From NCBI RefSeq assembly GCF_020745735.1, contig NC_083409.1, positions 5,755,534-5,819,533 on the forward strand: a DNA stretch of 64,000 nt. Direction: 5' to 3'. The notes beneath the pieces were generated by a model. The model was not told the DNA's origin, searched no databases, and worked only from the letters and a program-made list of their open reading frames with translations. Below, in pieces: positions 50,495 to 63,067 of the stretch. The DNA is from Hemiscyllium ocellatum. Its lineage: Eukaryota. Position 1 is the stretch's first letter; every line of letters starts with the position of its first letter. The position numbers and the translations under genes are program-made.

Positions 50495-50715
50495 CTTCAC
50501 AAAATTCCTATACATTCCCACATTATATTTCTCATTCCCCCTCAGAATTCCCATTCTCTGCCACTCCAGTTTCCAATTCCCTCTCAGAATTTCCATTTAA
50601 TCCCACTCCCATGTTTCCCATTGCCACTCAGAATTCCCATTCCCCTAAAATTTATATTTTCCAATCATTCTCAAAACTCCCATTCCCTCAGATCGCCCAA
50701 CCCTCCTCCTCACAT
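50495..50715. repeat. Degenerate ~43-bp pyrimidine-rich minisatellite
   Basis: ctcagaatt(c/t)cc at 50541, 50583 and 50627, and ctcaaaactccc near 50670. Confidence 0.6.
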
Positions 50716-50857
50716 TGTTTCCCATTCTCTCCACTTCCTGTTTCTCTGGGATTGATTTTGAGCGAAGCCAAGGATTTTCTATTCTCTGCAGCCTTATATG
50801 ACATTCTTCACTCATTAGAAACAGTTTTTGGAGAAAAAGATGCAAAATATCTTTTAC

Positions 50858-51036
50858 CATTTTACTGTATGTTGCGACAAAACCCTGGGAATAAACACCA
50901 TCTGTGAAAGTAATATGGGCTGCTGCTGATGATTCCAGAATCTGAGTAGATGAACATCTAACCTCCACAGGAATTGAACTGTCACTATGGGGCTGAGAGC
51001 AAGGTGGCACAGGACATTCTTCCTCACTGCCTGTGT
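50858..51036 (-). pseudogene. CEP350: CEP350 exon (SEEExPVP...SxSSIP), open
   Basis: AG|(D)TGSEEECPVPPCSQPHSDSSIPVEV...YSKM|GTAAAA; 179 nt, phase 1 to phase 0. Confidence 0.75.
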
Positions 51037-51889
51037 CTAGAGAAAATATCAATACTTAGAACATTTATACTGCAATGGATTAACAATGCTTAAAGTGAGC
51101 TGCACAATTCAGAATGACTGCTACAAGTCCGTTCGCCTTTCAATGTATTTTTTATTTCAGATGCAGGTAACGATATCATAATGGGAGGAGATTAGAAACA
51201 GTTAACCAGAGAAAGTTAAGTCTGCACAGATCACAGATGAAAAGCACCTTGAGCTAATTCAGATACTATCCGACATATCTCTTCATCGTCAAAATACTCA
51301 GATACAACATTCAGTGCAGACCTGGAGTTACAGTTTCATGCTACTGCTAATGGTGAGGAATGAAAAGAATTACCAATATTGTAAAGAAAATTAGATTTTT
51401 CCATGTAAACAAATATGCCACATAATCTTGTGTAAACGATGTCCAAGCTCTCACGTTGATTACAAAATTTTGCTGCTTCTCAACTCTGCAAGTGATACGC
51501 AACCACCAGCAGTGAAAGGAATTAAAATCTGAAACTTCAGCTTCCATCGAGAGGGTGAGTGGGAAACTACACTGAGCTATCGTGTCAAGGTAACATTGAG
51601 AAAGATGATAATTCCAACATCTGACCTATGCTGATTAAATGCATCACGGCAGCTGCTGGGGAAATGTGATTTCCTTGAATGCATGAGACAGGCAAAATAA
51701 AAGGCCAGGTTTTCACCTTGCTTCTTCTGCATTAATCCAGAATGGTGACATTTACACATCAATATATCACCTCATACGTGCCATGACAATCAGCGGAAAC
51801 AACGTGCACTTGAAAGCAGTCAGAACCACAGTAAGTGCATTACTGTCTTGGGGAAAAACAAACAAACAAGAAACAGAGGCGAACATTAC

Positions 51890-52086
51890 CTTTAAATTCG
51901 GGAATCTTCTTGCTTGCCTCTCTCTTTACCATGTTTGATTTGACCTCCTTGTCCCAAGCAGCTAGAGCCTGTTTTTCCATTTGCTGGGGAGCAGCTTCCT
52001 CAGCATCGAGCCGCCGCTTCCAATCCCGCAGTTCCTCTGTATGCCATCGGCGATGCATCAGTTTCTGCTCCCGTTTACTGAGGAAC
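51890..52086 (-). pseudogene. CEP350: CEP350 exon (FLxKREQKLM...WKRRLDAEEA...QALAAWDKE), open
   Basis: 197 nt, AG/GT intact, phase 2 to phase 1; strong match to the recalled human sequence with non-conservative changes. Confidence 0.92.
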
Positions 52087-53294
52087 CTGATGGACATACA
52101 AGCAGGATGGGGATGAGAGAACGGAAGTGTTAGCTAGCTGGCGATTTTCATTTGTAAAATCTTACTATTTTATATTCAACACTGTTTGGGTTATAGTTTC
52201 ACAACACAAACAAAATTCAGGTTAAGGTCTCTTTGTACACGTCACACATCCGAGAACATTGCAGCACTACTGCATGTAAATAGGCTCAGTGCAGTTAATC
52301 AATATATTCAAAAGGATTTCCTCCAAGTTTGCTGACGCAATATTAGTCAAAACCATCAATTTCAATCTGTAATGCTGATCTTAAAAATAAACTTCAATCT
52401 GACACAGTCTTCCCCACCCAACTGCAATTGGTAACCTGGCCCGGCCCAGGGATTGGTACTGGGACATTAGTGGACTGTGATCTCAAAGGAAACGACCAAA
52501 CAAAATTCTGATAGCATGGTCCACAAAGTTTAGTAAGAGGTTTGAGACAAGTTAGATGCTATGCCTTCTTGTATTTAGCTCAACTGCATTGCCTCTTTAC
52601 ATTACAGTGTTTTGCAAACTGTAAAGTATTTTGTGTTTTTTTGCCATGGTGGGGGATTTTTCATCCTCGTTTATCACAGTTGCTGTCTGTCGCTCCCCAA
52701 ATCAAATTATTAGGATCTGAAACAAAACAAAGAACTGCACATGCTGCACATATGAACCAAACAAACAAAGTGCTGGAGAAACTCTGTGAAAAGAAAGAAA
52801 GGTTATGTTTTAAGTTCAGTAACTCTTCATCTGAACGGACAACAGATCACTGGACTTGAAACGTATAACTTCTTTTTCTCGTCAGTGATGCTGCTGAACC
52901 TGAATTTCGCCAGCACTGCATTTTCTGTATTGAACTTTATTTATGAAACAGATCGGAAAAATACTATTCCGCAAAAGTGAAACAAGAGCGTAAACTTGAG
53001 TGTAGTTTCCACACTTGAGTTATAAAAGGACACCTCAGTTTAAAAACAGGATTTAACTCAAAGTAGCATTCCATCTCAATATGAGCCGAGTGACACTCAG
53101 TAGTAAAGCTCACCCATCCAATTGGGCACTTCAACACAACATCCTGTAGTGTTGGACACAGCCATCTTTATCAAAGAATGATCACATGTCACAAAATTGT
53201 CAGCCGAGAGCATGTGTCTTCAAAGAAGCTGAAAATAAACTCTCAATTTTTGCGAGGTTTTGTGATCATACCTAATTGAGCACTCGAATCGCGT

Positions 53295-53540
53295 GGGTGG
53301 CACGTTAGCACAGTGGTTTGCACTACTGCCTCACAGCGCTAGAAACCAGGGTTCAATTCCTGTCTGTGGAGTTTGTACTTTCTCCCCGTGTCTTCGTGGG
53401 TTTGCTCCCGTTTCCTCCCACAGTCTAAAGATGCTAAATTGCCCGTAGTGTTCGATAAGGGGTAAATGTATGGGTGGATGGCGGGTCGGTGTGGGCTTGT
53501 TGGGCCGAAGGGCCTGTTTCCACATTAGAAGTAATCTGAT
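53295..53540 (+). mobile_element. HE1/V-SINE-type SINE
   Basis: gggtggcacgttagcacagtggtttgcactactgcctcacagcg head; gggccgaagggcctgtttccac tail. Confidence 0.85.
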
Positions 53541-53869
53541 TTGTTTTTTAAAGAATATTTGTGCGACACATCCTACATCTTGCTAAACGTTCGGTTAGGT
53601 CTGATCCAAAGAAACAAAGGTCAAGCAAGCATCACACTTTGCATTCACTTCTACAAAGCGCTGGCATCACGTTTCTTCAGAAATTAAAGAATTTTGGAAA
53701 TTGTTTGGAATATTAACTACCACATTAAAGAACTAGACAATGAATGTATGCAATAAGAGTGAAGCCTGCGACAGCAGATTTTGCTTTGGAGGGCAATGTG
53801 CCTGCTTTACAAATTCTTGGAGCAGATACATTTACAAGCTATATTGGCTAACATTCAAGTTTCTTTCCG

Positions 53870-54800
53870 AACAGTGACAGGTTTGGACAGGTTTGGATTT
53901 AAAAGACGGGAATCATACGTCGCACATCTACTGCAATTTTGAGGATCTAACGAGTAGAATTGATAAGGGGCAACCAGTGGGAGTTACTTTGACTTCAGAA
54001 TGCTTTTGATCAGGTCCCACATTAAAAAAAATAGCATATAATGTGAGAGATTTGGGGTGTGTATTTGCATGGACAGAGAGTTCGTTGGCAGACAGGAATC
54101 AAAGAGCTTTAACAAACAGGCCATTTTCTGAGTGGCAGCCAGTGACCAGTGAGGTACTACAGGTTCAAACCCAATTATTCACAATATATATGCAAATGAT
54201 TTAGATGAGGGAACTATTGCTACTTCCAAGCTTGTGGGCGATACAAAGCTGGGTGGAAGGTAACCTGGGAGGAGAATGCAGAGATGATTCAAGTGTGATT
54301 TACATCGGTTGAGTGATTGGGAAAATGCATGGCAGATGAAAGATAATTTTGATTAAGGCGAGATTTTTGGTTGCAAAAACGGACAGTGAGATTATCTGAA
54401 TAAATTAGGAAAGGGAGAGTTACAACAAAGGGTGTATTTGTGCACCAGTCACTGAGAGTAAGCATGCAGGTGCAGCAGGTGGTGAAGGCAAATGGTATGT
54501 TGGCCTTCATGGTGGGGTGGGACAGAACCAGTGGTCATAGCCTAAAGGATATAGATTTGTCTATTCAGAAGTGAGATGAGGAGAAATTTCTTCATCCAGG
54601 TAGTGTTGAATCAACAAAATTCTCTGCCACAAAACGTATCTCAGGACAAAAAAAATAATATTTTCATGGGTTAGTTATAGTTCTTCGGGCTAAAGAGATC
54701 AAATGGCATTGGGAGAAAGTGGGGCCAGGATATGGAGATGAATGATCAGTCATGATCATATTGAATGACAGAGCAGGCTCAAGGGGCTCATTATTACTCT
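53870..54800 (+). mobile_element. CR1-type degenerate RT/3' fragment
   Basis: W-Q-P-V-T-S-E-V-x-Q-G, YxNDLDEG, DTKLGG remnants. Confidence 0.65.
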
Positions 54801-56860
54801 TGATTTTCACGTTACTAACAGGAAAAATATACAAATACTTCTAAAACATGTTAATTGCTTATCTGGATCACAAAAGAAAAAAGCTTATTTTTTTTACAGC
54901 CTCTTTAAACGTTTACACAAGCATAATTACTCCAAAGTTCCATTGGGATTTAATTCACCCTGGGCAACCATGGTGAATTAGCTTTCTAATATTACAACAT
55001 TCACACAATAAACATAATTCACAATTCAAATTCTGCAATATTTTTCAATGATTTCACTAATTCTGGGTGAATTTCACTCAGAAATGTGTACAGCCTGTAT
55101 GTAATCTAAACGTTCACATCACATTGTATAAGACAATGAGATCTTCAATTAAACTGGATTATCATGAAATACTATTCCATTGCTGTAAAATGACAAAACG
55201 TTTTCCTCTCTCATGATTAATTAATGAATAAATATTCAGTTAGATGCAGTGTTATAACGAAAATACTATTTAGAACAGGTAATGTTTGTAGCACAGTGTC
55301 TGCAGATTGTGTAAACAGCTGCACTGGAACCACGGGGTATATTTGTGCTGCTTTCTTTCACTGGAGATGGTTTCAAGGAATAAGAGTGGTGCCAGTGAAG
55401 CCAACATTTGTTGCTCATTTCCAATTGCCCATAAGTGGTGGTATGCTGCCCTCTGTGCTTGGAAGGGATTTGCGAGGTTAGGGAGCATTAGTAACGAAGC
55501 AATAGCTACCATTGTCTTTAGATGGCACAGGTCATGGAGTTGGAAGGTGCTGTCAAAACAGCCTTGGTTAGTTGCTGTAGTGCATCTCATATATGGTACA
55601 TACTGCTGCAAATGTGCGCCATTGAGGAGGAAATCAATGGGTGGGGTGTCAGCCAAGTGGGCTGCTTTGATCAGAACAATATCATGCATTTTCCTTGCTG
55701 TTGGAGCAGTACTCATGCAAGCACGTGGAGAGTATTCCATCACACTCCCAAAAAATGCCTCTTAGGCTTTGGTCAGTTATTCTTTGCAGAATATCCAGCT
55801 GTTGAGCTGCTCTTGCAGCCAGAGTATTTATGTGACTGATCCAGTTAAAATCCCAGGTAAGTTACCCTGTCATAATGCCAAGTCCATTTCTCTTGAAAAC
55901 TAAACAGGAAGAAGATGGTAGACTAACCCCACAACAGATCCTGTACGGCTTTAAATATCAACTGTCAACTTGCAAAAACACTAATCCAAAGCAAAAAGAG
56001 GGAGATGTGATTGTCTTTTCTGTGGGGGTCTAAGAAGGAGCTGAAGAAAAGTATTAAAGTAACAAACTTATTTTGAATGCAGTTTAAAACAAAATGTAAA
56101 AGGGGAAATCACATAGCTCTGAAGCAAGATTCAGTTCAAATTAGAAATCAATACAGAATTCCGACCAATGCTAAAATCATCCAAAATGCTCCTGAGTTTG
56201 TCCAGTTGCTACTAAATGCAACACTGAGCTCTGAATATTATTTCTTATTGGTACTTTCAATTTTTAATAAAGATTTAAGATATGATAGCACTATTAAACT
56301 GACAGGCTTTTTAACAAAAGTAGTTGCACGGAGTTGGAGATACTCATGTGTACTTGTGACGATTACATACCAATCATGTTTCCACATCCATAAGACAACT
56401 TCATATGTTCACCAAAGACACATTTGCACTCTTAAAGTGGCACTGCCGTCCGAAAATTCAAGTTTGCAACTCAAATTTCAGATTTATTCAAGCAACATTT
56501 ATCAAGATTACTGAGCTGCTAACTCTGCCAGACTATTTGCGAAAGTCCAACTCAACGTTAAACAGGTCAATCTTTATTGCATCGTGTTAGCATGAGCAGC
56601 TCAGGATTGTTTGTGTAACATCAACTTCTTGCTTTCACAGTAATACCCCTTTAAAACCATGTTCCAGATTCATTATAAAGTCTGCAGTATATTGCCAACA
56701 AGCACCTTGCTGCATCTATGTGAAGCCACAACTAAGTTAAAGGAATGCACATTTCTCTCCAAATTCCTTTCCTTGACCCTCCACTGTGCCCCACATCATT
56801 CACATGCTTGTGATGAAACAGAGTATGCTCGATCAGTGAGAAGCAGAGGTTGCACAGTAC

Positions 56861-56976
56861 CTGACCAGCTGGTTGTACAGCTGGGATTTGAGATGTAGTT
56901 TGGTGAAACAGACACTGAGAGAAGCCCAGAGATGAGACGTAAAGACAGAGAAAAAGTAGTGACAGGAGAGCAATGT
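56861..56976 (-). pseudogene. CEP350: CEP350 symmetric (phase 2-2) cassette exon, inactivated
   Basis: HCSPV-[fs]-YFFSVFTSHLWASLSVCFTKLHLKSQLYNQLV(R)|GTAC; 116 nt (one short of 117); acceptor AA instead of AG. Identity rests on my recollection of a tetrapod CEP350 isoform. Confidence 0.65.
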
Positions 56977-57359
56977 TTACAAAAAAAAGGAGCAAAATAA
57001 GAAAAACAAAACAGCTGAGTATCGTGTCAAATTTGCTTCATCTTTCGATACTCAAGAAAACCTCACATTATTAAAGACAAATTCCAAATATTCAATCAAA
57101 ACATTTATAGCTAACCTCCCTACACCTCTGCGTCAACACAACCCCTTCTGGTCGGATTCATTATTTTCAAATGGCAACAGAGCTCATCAAAGTCAACCCC
57201 ACCTCCATTTCTCTTTCTGACTTCGATACTGGGAGAATCTCAAGCACTGCCTTCCGAACAGTCCAACCACAGAACCACAGCTTACAAACCCATCTGATTT
57301 TTTTTTTAAATTTTATAATTATTGTTGCCTTCACTACCAACTCAGGCAGCTCATTCCAT

Positions 57360-57870
57360 ACACGTGTGAAAAAGTTTCCCCTTATGTAACTTTTAAATAT
57401 TTCCTATCTTACCTATGCTCTCTAGTTTTCAACTCCGCTATCCCGGGAAAAAGATCACGGCTATTCACCCTATCCATGCCCCTTATGATTTTATAAACTT
57501 TTAAGGTAACCCTTCAGCCTCTCCCTAAAGCTCAAACCTTCAACCCTAGCAACATCCTTGTTAATCTTTTCTGAATCCTTTCAAGTTTCACAACACACCA
57601 GCACTGAACACATTATTCCAAAAGTGGCCTCACCACTGTCCTGTACAACCATAACATGACATCCCAACTCTTATACTCAACGCACTGACCAATACAGGCA
57701 AGCACACACCAAACGGTTTCTTCACGATCCTGTCTGACTGAAACTCCGTCTTCAAGGAACTAGGAACCTGCACCCCAAGGTCTCCTTGTTCAGCAACACT
57801 GCCCAGCACCTTCCCATTAAGTCCTGTCCTGATTTGCCTGACCAAAATGCAGTACCTCACATTTATGTAA
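57360..57870 (-). mobile_element. CR1-type 3' fragment
   Basis: LNGKVLGSVAEQGDLGVQVPSSLK on the minus strand. Confidence 0.8.
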
Positions 57871-58469
57871 ATTAATTAGATCAGAAAAAAAAATCAGTAG
57901 TCTAGCACATCATCCCAATCTAATTATGTATTAAATATGCTAAACCTGAATCAAACCTTGCTTAAACCGTTCTTGGATACAGTGTGCAGGCTGATCATCA
58001 TACTATAAATAGAAAAAAGAGAAACTGAAGTTGGTACACAGACAAGATTGACAAGGTTGTTCACAGAAATGTATGGGTTCACATGTCAAGAAAGAGTTGG
58101 CAGGCTACGTCTCTTTCCTCTGAAAGGAGACCAAACTGGGACATAATAGAGGTCTTTAAAATGTTGAGAGGGTTCAGCAGACTGGATACAGACAAAATGT
58201 TTCCTTTCACAGGAAAGAGCATACCTTGAGGCCACAAAGTTGTCACCAAGAAATCCATCAGGGAGATTTGGAAGTTCTGCAGAATTGGATTACAATTAAG
58301 ACTGAACAGGGAGTGGTTGAATCAAATATCATACGAGTGGTTCAGGGGAAGAGAGATAAGATTAAAGGGAGAAAGGAATAGAGGATTTGGGTAATAGATA
58401 AGCAAAGGTGACAGGAGTCTCAAATGGAGCAGTAACACTGATGTGAAGTGATTGAAACAAGTCATAGAA

Positions 58470-58795
58470 TCCCTCAGTGTGAAAACAAGCCATTCAGCCC
58501 ATTGAGTCCCATAATGACCTTTCGAACAGCATCCCACCCAGACTCACTCCCCTACGCTATCAGTGTAACGCTGCATTTCCCATGGCAAATTAACCTAGCC
58601 TGAATATCGCAAGGCACTATGGGCAATTTAGCATGGCTAATCCACCTAAAATGCATATTTGTGTACCGCAGGAGGAAACCCATGCAGACACGGGGAGAAT
58701 GTGCCAACTCCAGACAGTCGCCTGAAGGCAGAATCGATCCCGGTTTCCTAGCATTGTGAGGCAGCAGGACTCGCCAGTGAGCCATGGTACTGCCC
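58470..58795 (-). mobile_element. HE1/V-SINE-type SINE
   Basis: ggaggaaacccatgcagacacggggagaatgtg...gtgaggcagcag. Confidence 0.82.
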
Positions 58796-59345
58796 CAATA
58801 AGACCTCTGTAGTGTACACAAATGTCTCCATTGGATAAAAAAAAGCTTACACAGTGATGTCAAGCTAATTATTACAACAGAAAAAAAAACAATTCCTGCA
58901 ACATTTGCATGTACCTCCAGTTTCCCAACACACTCCATTGAAAGGCAAAGCAAGCTTTGCACGAGTGAAAATTTTCACATTGCAATCCCATTCTGAGACT
59001 GTTACACCAGGGAAATTTGTGCAATTAAAAAAAGATGAGGGTAAAACAAAAAGCTCCACTACTTGGAGAGCAGTAGCAGTGAGGCCACAGAGATGTTTTG
59101 CTGCGCCACTCGCAGAGTCAAACATGACAACACCTCAGTTGAGATCATTAGAAACACCATATGAAACAAACACACTGCCTTTGAAAAGCACAGTTAAATG
59201 GACTTCATATGTTTATTTCTGCTCAGAGCCACTCTGTCTCTCTCTTTCTCATCCTCTCCATAACATCACCAGCTGACAAATGAGCTGGTTGGCTTGTCAA
59301 TCTTTCACAACAATATGCCTTATAAGAAGCCATAAGAGATATTAC

Positions 59346-59536
59346 TTTTCATCCATATGACTGCGCATCTTCTTCAGTTTTTGCATGATGCTGCTGGTCT
59401 CACTGCCTGAAGTCGAAACAGGGAAGGGACTCCACATCGCCGTATCTGTTTGTAGGGGACTGGAAGTGGGGCTCACTTTGGAAACATTCTCCATTTCTGA
59501 TTGTTCTGCATTCCGCTGATCCTGTCGAGTTGGAAC
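59346..59536 (-). pseudogene. CEP350: CEP350 exon ending SETSSIMQKLKKMRSHMDE(K), open
   Basis: 191 nt, AG/GT intact, phase 0 to phase 2; matches recalled human SETSSIMQKLKKMRSRMDEK. Confidence 0.9.
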
Positions 59537-60382
59537 CTGAGAATATACAAGATGGACGCATGGAAAGTTAAGTTTGCTCCTAAAGGAAACAGCTCCAGAA
59601 TTAGTTGCAGTGAAACGCAGATGAGGTTCAACGACAGGTTTCTACAACAAAGCAACATCATTTCCTTTCAGACAGGCAGAGTGTTTCATTAGTTTTCAAT
59701 TAATTGAGCTTTGAGTTAATAAACTTTTTAAAATGAGTCTGATTTTTTTTTGTTTGTTGGGAATGTTAATTCAAGGAAACAGATTAAGCGAGGGAGACGT
59801 CGATGAATTATAATAGAAGCAAGTGCAAACAGATGAGTGGTTCAACAACCTAGTCCCATTCCTATGCACATGATCAAGTGCAAAAATATTTTTCCACCTT
59901 TGTAGGATATGCTGATAACAGGTCGGAGCCAGATTGCAGGGAGCGAAAGTACAGAAGCACAGATACGTTGGGCTGAAATCTCCTTTTCTTGTACTGTGAC
60001 TTCTACTGAAAGCAGAACAAAACTCGATATCGATGAATACAAAGGATGATATTCTTGGCAGCAGCAGGTATTCCTGCATATGCAGTTTTACGTTGCAGAG
60101 ATTTGGCCTCAACCTAAGGGAACATGTGAACATGTTATCAATTTAATAAAAGTACTGAGGATTAAGTTGACGTTTCTCAGTGGCAGACAAACCATTCTTA
60201 AATCTTTTCTGTAAAATATTAAAAGTTTTATTTACATTGTAATATAGACCAGAAACCTTGCTGATAGCAATTTGGATTGAAAGTGATCACCCATCATTCA
60301 TGCTGCAGAGTAAGTAATTCCTTACTTTAATAGTAACCATGCATTGAACAGTTCAGGCGTTTGAAAATGGTGGGATACTAAC

Positions 60383-60529
60383 CAACTTGCTCTCCCCAGC
60401 TGATTTGAGTCTCTCCTGAATTTTGATGGTGGTCTGGAGCATATGTTGAATCTCCTCTTGCTGTTTCAGAATCAGCTGCCTCTCCCTGTGAGCAGCCTTG
60501 TTGGCTTCGTGAAGATGCCGGATTTCAGC
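60383..60529 (-). pseudogene. CEP350: CEP350 exon AEIRHLHEANKAAHRERQLILKQQEEI...LKSAGESKL, open
   Basis: 147 nt, AG/GT; matches recalled human AEIKRLQEANKAARKERQLILKQQEEIEKIRQTTIKLQEKLKSAGESKL, with R-to-H type changes. Confidence 0.92.
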
Positions 60530-61379
60530 CTGTGATGAAATTGTATGTAATGCATTACCATGTTAGAGACCAAACAAACCCGTCTTTAAGTCTTCAATAA
60601 ATTTATTTTGACGACAGACTGCAGACAAAACTGAAGTCAGGGCACACAACTCCATAACCCAATAAGTTCTAAGTTGCACAGTTTCCAGGTGGCATTGTGC
60701 AACTTTTACAACTTAGAATGCTTGCTCTTGATGAAAACTTTGTGGTTTATTTTCGACAAAATGTATTGCCAACACGAACTCAAACAGTCAAGTACTCCAG
60801 GTAGAAAATTATCATGAAAGAGCTACGCACGTTCTTTTTGGACAGCTGATGCCTAACTTGGAGTGAGCATTTCTGATTTTATTTCCGGAGGTTGCTTCCT
60901 GGTCTGTGGTGAGTTAACCTGAGTTCTCAAACCTGAAAAACTGTCCTCAGCATCCAAGTACTTTGCATAAGAGAAAGATGATGAACAAGAAGATTTCTGC
61001 TTTCGAGAATTGCATATTAGCTCTTGCTGCTGGGCAAGTTGGAAAGAGTGCCTGGGTTGAGTGAATACATAATCTAGCAAATCTGCCGTGTGTCCAATAG
61101 CAAATAACATAACATTCTAAGTCTGCGTGAGACTGCATGATTGGTAAAACTTCTGCCAACAAAATCAGCAACTTGTTGAGACTATCACTATGTTTTTCTC
61201 ATTTTTGGTTTGGAACTGTGAGCTGAAGTTGAGAAGAGAACTTTGAAAAGTTTGGACGTCTTCTGGGCTGACTGTTCTTGGTTGCTCTCTTTAGTTATTT
61301 TCCAGTGATTGACTTGTTGAAAGTTCTGAGAAACAATTCCCAGACTGTTAAAAAATAAGTTAAAGTCTCCAGAGGTCTG

Positions 61380-62110
61380 CGGAAGCAAAATTGTGAGCAA
61401 AGTTTTGGAAATGATTACAAGAGATAGGATATATAATAATCTAGAAAGGAATAACTTGATTAGGGATAGTCAACATTGTTTTCTGAAAGGTAGGTCATGC
61501 TTCACAAACCTTACTGAGTTATTTGAGAAGGTGAGAAAACAGGTGGATACGGGTTGGTGTGGTGTACATGAATTTCAGTAAAACGTTTGGTAAGTTTCCC
61601 CACGGTGGACTATTGTAGAAAATACAGAGGCATGAGATTGTGTGTGATTTAGCGGTTTCGATCAGAAATTGGCTAGCTGTCAGATGACAGACATGGTGGT
61701 TGATGGAAAATGTTCATCCAGGGGTGTACCGCAAGGATCAGTTCTGGGGCCACTGCTGCTTTTCATTTTTATAAATGTCCTGGATACGGGCACAGGAGGA
61801 TGGGTTCGTAAACGTCTGGATGACATTAAAGTCGGGGGAGTTGTCGGTCGTGCAGAAGGGTAGCACGAGGGGACATAGCTGTAAATTGAGGGATGATAGA
61901 TAGAGGACAGATGTCAGGTATAGGTTCTTTACTCAGAGTGGGAGGGGTGTGGAACACACTGCCTGCGACAATAGTGGACTCACTAACTTTAAGGGCATTC
62001 AAATGTTCATTGGATGAACATGTGGATGATAATGGATTAGAGTAGGTTAGATGGGTTTTAGTTTGGTTTCGCACGTCGGCGTGACATCGAGGGCCAAAGG
62101 GCCTGTACTT
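61380..62110 (+). mobile_element. CR1-type RT/3' fragment with internal deletion
   Basis: SKVLEMITRDRIYNNLE, SQHCFLKGRSCFTNL, GVPQGSVLGPLLLFIFIN. Confidence 0.85.
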
Positions 62111-63067
62111 CGTACAATGTTACATGTAAGTAGTGTAAATGTTCAAACCAGATTAAGCTTACATTGTGAATATTAATTTGATTTCCTTGAAATTCATCTG
62201 CATTCTGTTAAAAATGCTTGTTTTTGTTTAAGTTCTAACCTTGGTGTCCAAGATCTGTTGCTTCTGAAGTCAGATTAGGAACAATTGAGCAATTTTAAGA
62301 GTAAGTTAATATCTCAATTTCACTGTGCTCCAACTCGTGGTAGTGATGTAATTTGGCTTGGCTTGCAATCTCTGTATCAAACTTCAAATTCGCAGTTCAT
62401 GAAGGAAACAGGACAAAGGGAAAACCATAAAGTTGGCTTTATGACGAAATCAGATGAAACAAAAATATAGGACAATGTTTTAACCAGGATCAAGGCAGCA
62501 GCTCACTACCTTTTCCAAAGCAATTAGGAATACAACCAAGTGATCACCTAAACTGCATCACCATGCCTTGGAAGCAGTTTAAAAAATACAAGGGCAAGGG
62601 GGGGCAACAGGGATGAAAAATAAAACATTTAAATGGTAATAAATGTCGCATCCCTTCCATTCACGTCATCAATGAAGATATATCCAGGGCATTTGACATC
62701 CAGTGAGAGCTGGATCCTTTTCATTTTTATGTGTGAGAGCTCATCCATTGCAATAACAGCAGGCAGCTAATTACTTTCACATGGAAGGATAAGGCAGGGG
62801 GAAAATCACCAATTTCAAAATACAACAATTTGCATTAAAAGTATTGTGCCCTCATTGTACAATCATTCTTATCAAGATTTGGTTAATAACACACCCCTTA
62901 AAATGCAATATTGAGGATAATCATAGCAAAGCATTGCCAGTGGGAAAACTGCATTTAAAAACGCATAGCATATATATTACATTCAGCAGCCTGTGTTGTT
63001 TGCATTTCAAGCAAAACTAGGCCACCATTCGTGGTCGATATTTTCCCTGGCATTCAGTGGGTCATAG

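Noticed and set aside
60853-61110. 85-aa minus-strand ORF as an extra exon or gene
   Set aside because: Lies in the intron between two directly adjoining CEP350 exons; no recognisable motif or splice frame.
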